Origin: Octopus sinensis
Lineage: Eukaryota
Assembly (NCBI RefSeq): GCF_006345805.1
Contig: NC_043018.1
Location: 27,900,001-27,964,000 of the forward strand
Direction of reading: 5' to 3'
DNA length: 64,000 nt
Shown: in pieces, positions 62,236 to 64,000 of the stretch
Layout: each line of letters begins with the position of its first letter
Position numbering within the stretch: the stretch's first letter is position 1
The notes under the pieces: model-generated
Database searches by the model: none
Told to the model about the DNA's origin: nothing
The model's input: the letters and a program-made list of their open reading frames with translations, nothing else
Program-made: the position numbers and the translations under genes

Positions 62236-63184
62236 TAATATATATATATATTATATCTATATATATATAGATATATATATATATTATACATTTATATATA
62301 TTACATAATATATACATATATATATATATGTATATATATAAATGTATATATATACATATACATATATAATTATACATATATGTGCTTGTGATGTGCGTGT
62401 GCGTGTGTGTGTATGAATATTATTTCTATATCTATGTATTTTAGTATATGTCAGCCTATGCACACACAAGCATACGTACAGGCACGCAGATACGTCGGTC
62501 GGTGGAATAGACAAACACGAATGCATAAAGTAATGCCCCGAGGTTTAAAAGCTCAAGAACAATGATGATCAATCGCACCGAAACCATCGCAGCAACACCT
62601 CACGCTATACCAAAACACTTCAGGACACCTGACAGCGATAGCCTACCCAACACACCGTTCAAAACATCTCGGCCTTTTGAACGAGGGCATCACGAACAGT
62701 TTAATGACCATTTCCATCTAGAAATATTAAGGCATGTCCGACCAAACCACCCATCACACAAGACGCGCACAAACGCAGTCTCTCTCTCTCTCTCTCTCTC
62801 CCTTTCTTTCTCTCTCTCTTTCTACCTCACACGCACATTCACACACACAGACACATACTTAAGTACACTCATACGCATTTAAGCGCATGCATGTATACAC
62901 ATATGCACATATGTGCATATACACATATCTACATATATTACAGCAACAATCGCCGCCATTGCCATCAAAATCGTGTAACGTCAATCACGCCTTAAACACA
63001 CGCACAAACACACACATGCACAAACACACACACACTCACACACACGCACACACATACACGCTCATACACACAAATGCACACACACATGCACAAACAAGCA
63101 CACACGCACATGTCACCCATCAGAGAACAATTGCGTCAGATCAAACAGTGATGAAGTAACTGGCTTTTAACTGACCACTAATGG

Positions 63185-64000
63185 ATGGCGCTGGATGGTG
63201 GTGGTGGTGGTGGCGATGGTGGTGGTGGTGGTGGTGGCGATGGTGGTCGTGGTGGTGGTGGCGATGGTGGTCGTGGTGGTGGTGGTAGTGGGAGTGGTAG
63301 TGGTGATGGTGGTGGCGATGGTGGTGGTAGTGGTGGTGGTGGCGATGGTGGTGGTAGTGGTGGTGGTGGCGATGGTGGTGGTGGTGCGATGTAGCGGTGG
63401 TTGGTAGTAGTGGTGGTGGTAGTGGTGGTGGCAGTGGTGGTGATGGTGGTGGCGGCGGTGATGGTGGTGGTAGTGGTGGTGGTAGTGGTGGGGCAGTGTG
63501 GTGATGGTGGCGGTGGCGGCAGCGTGGTGGTGGTTGTTAGTGGTGGTAGTGGCGGTAGTGGTGGTGGTGGTGGTTGGGGTGGTGGTGGTGGTGGTAGTGG
63601 TGGTGGTGGCGATGGTGGTGGTAGTGGTGGTGGTGGCGATGGTGGTGGTGGTAGTTGGTGGTGGTGCGATGGTGGTGGTAGTGGTGGTGGTGGCGATGGT
63701 GGTGGTGTGGTGGTGGTAGTGGTAGTGGTGGTGGCAGTGGTGGTGATGGTGGCGGTGGCAGCAGCGGTGGTGGTGGTTGTAGTGGTGGTAGTGGCGGTAG
63801 TGGGGTGGTGGTGGTGGTGGTGGTGGTGGCGGCGGTGGTGGTGTGTGGTGGTAATGGTGGTGGTGGTAGTGGTGGTGTTGGTGGTGGTGGTGGCGGTGGC
63901 GGTGGTGGTGGTTGTGGTGATGGTGGCGGTGGTGGTGGCGGTGGTGGTGGTTTGTAGTGGTGGTAGTGGCGGTGGTGGTAAGTGGGGTGGTGGCGGGGGT
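63185..64000. repeat. (GGT)n-rich tract running off the window end
   Basis: Read directly from sequence. Confidence 0.95.

Noticed and set aside
63185-64000. G-quadruplex or glycine-rich protein interpretation of (GGT)n tracts
   Set aside because: These are ordinary trinucleotide expansions with only two-G runs. Nothing distinguishes them from the other microsatellites.

Overview
This is AT-rich eukaryotic DNA made almost entirely of microsatellites and interspersed repeats. The tRNA-derived SINEs look like those of octopus, so an Octopus genome is inferred but not confirmed. I recognise no intact host protein-coding gene. Nearly all ORFs in the supplied track are artefacts of (TA)n, (CA)n, (GATA)n or trinucleotide tracts, or of SINE sequence. 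What the sequence supports: (1) several tRNA-headed SINE families, labelled A, B, C and D here, plus an unclassified (CAA)n-tailed retroposon F; (2) degraded 3' remnants of three non-LTR retrotransposon types (CR1/L2-like, RTE-like, and restriction-like-endonuclease R4/Dong-like in (TAA)n); (3) non-autonomous DNA elements, namely a GGATC-TIR MITE with 8-bp TSDs and internal (CCCTAA)n in 4 copies, a TA-TSD Tc1/mariner-like MITE, a hAT-like MITE and two hairpin elements; (4) one 100-N assembly gap. The strongest finding is a complete type I hammerhead ribozyme fold on the minus strand at 28743-28802, inside a ~300-bp element flanked by (TA)n. Two weaker hammerhead-like motifs also occur. Other notable patterns are SINE B dimers with recurrent fixed junctions, a 6-unit tandem array of a SINE 3' tail, and a set of elements that target (TAA)n.
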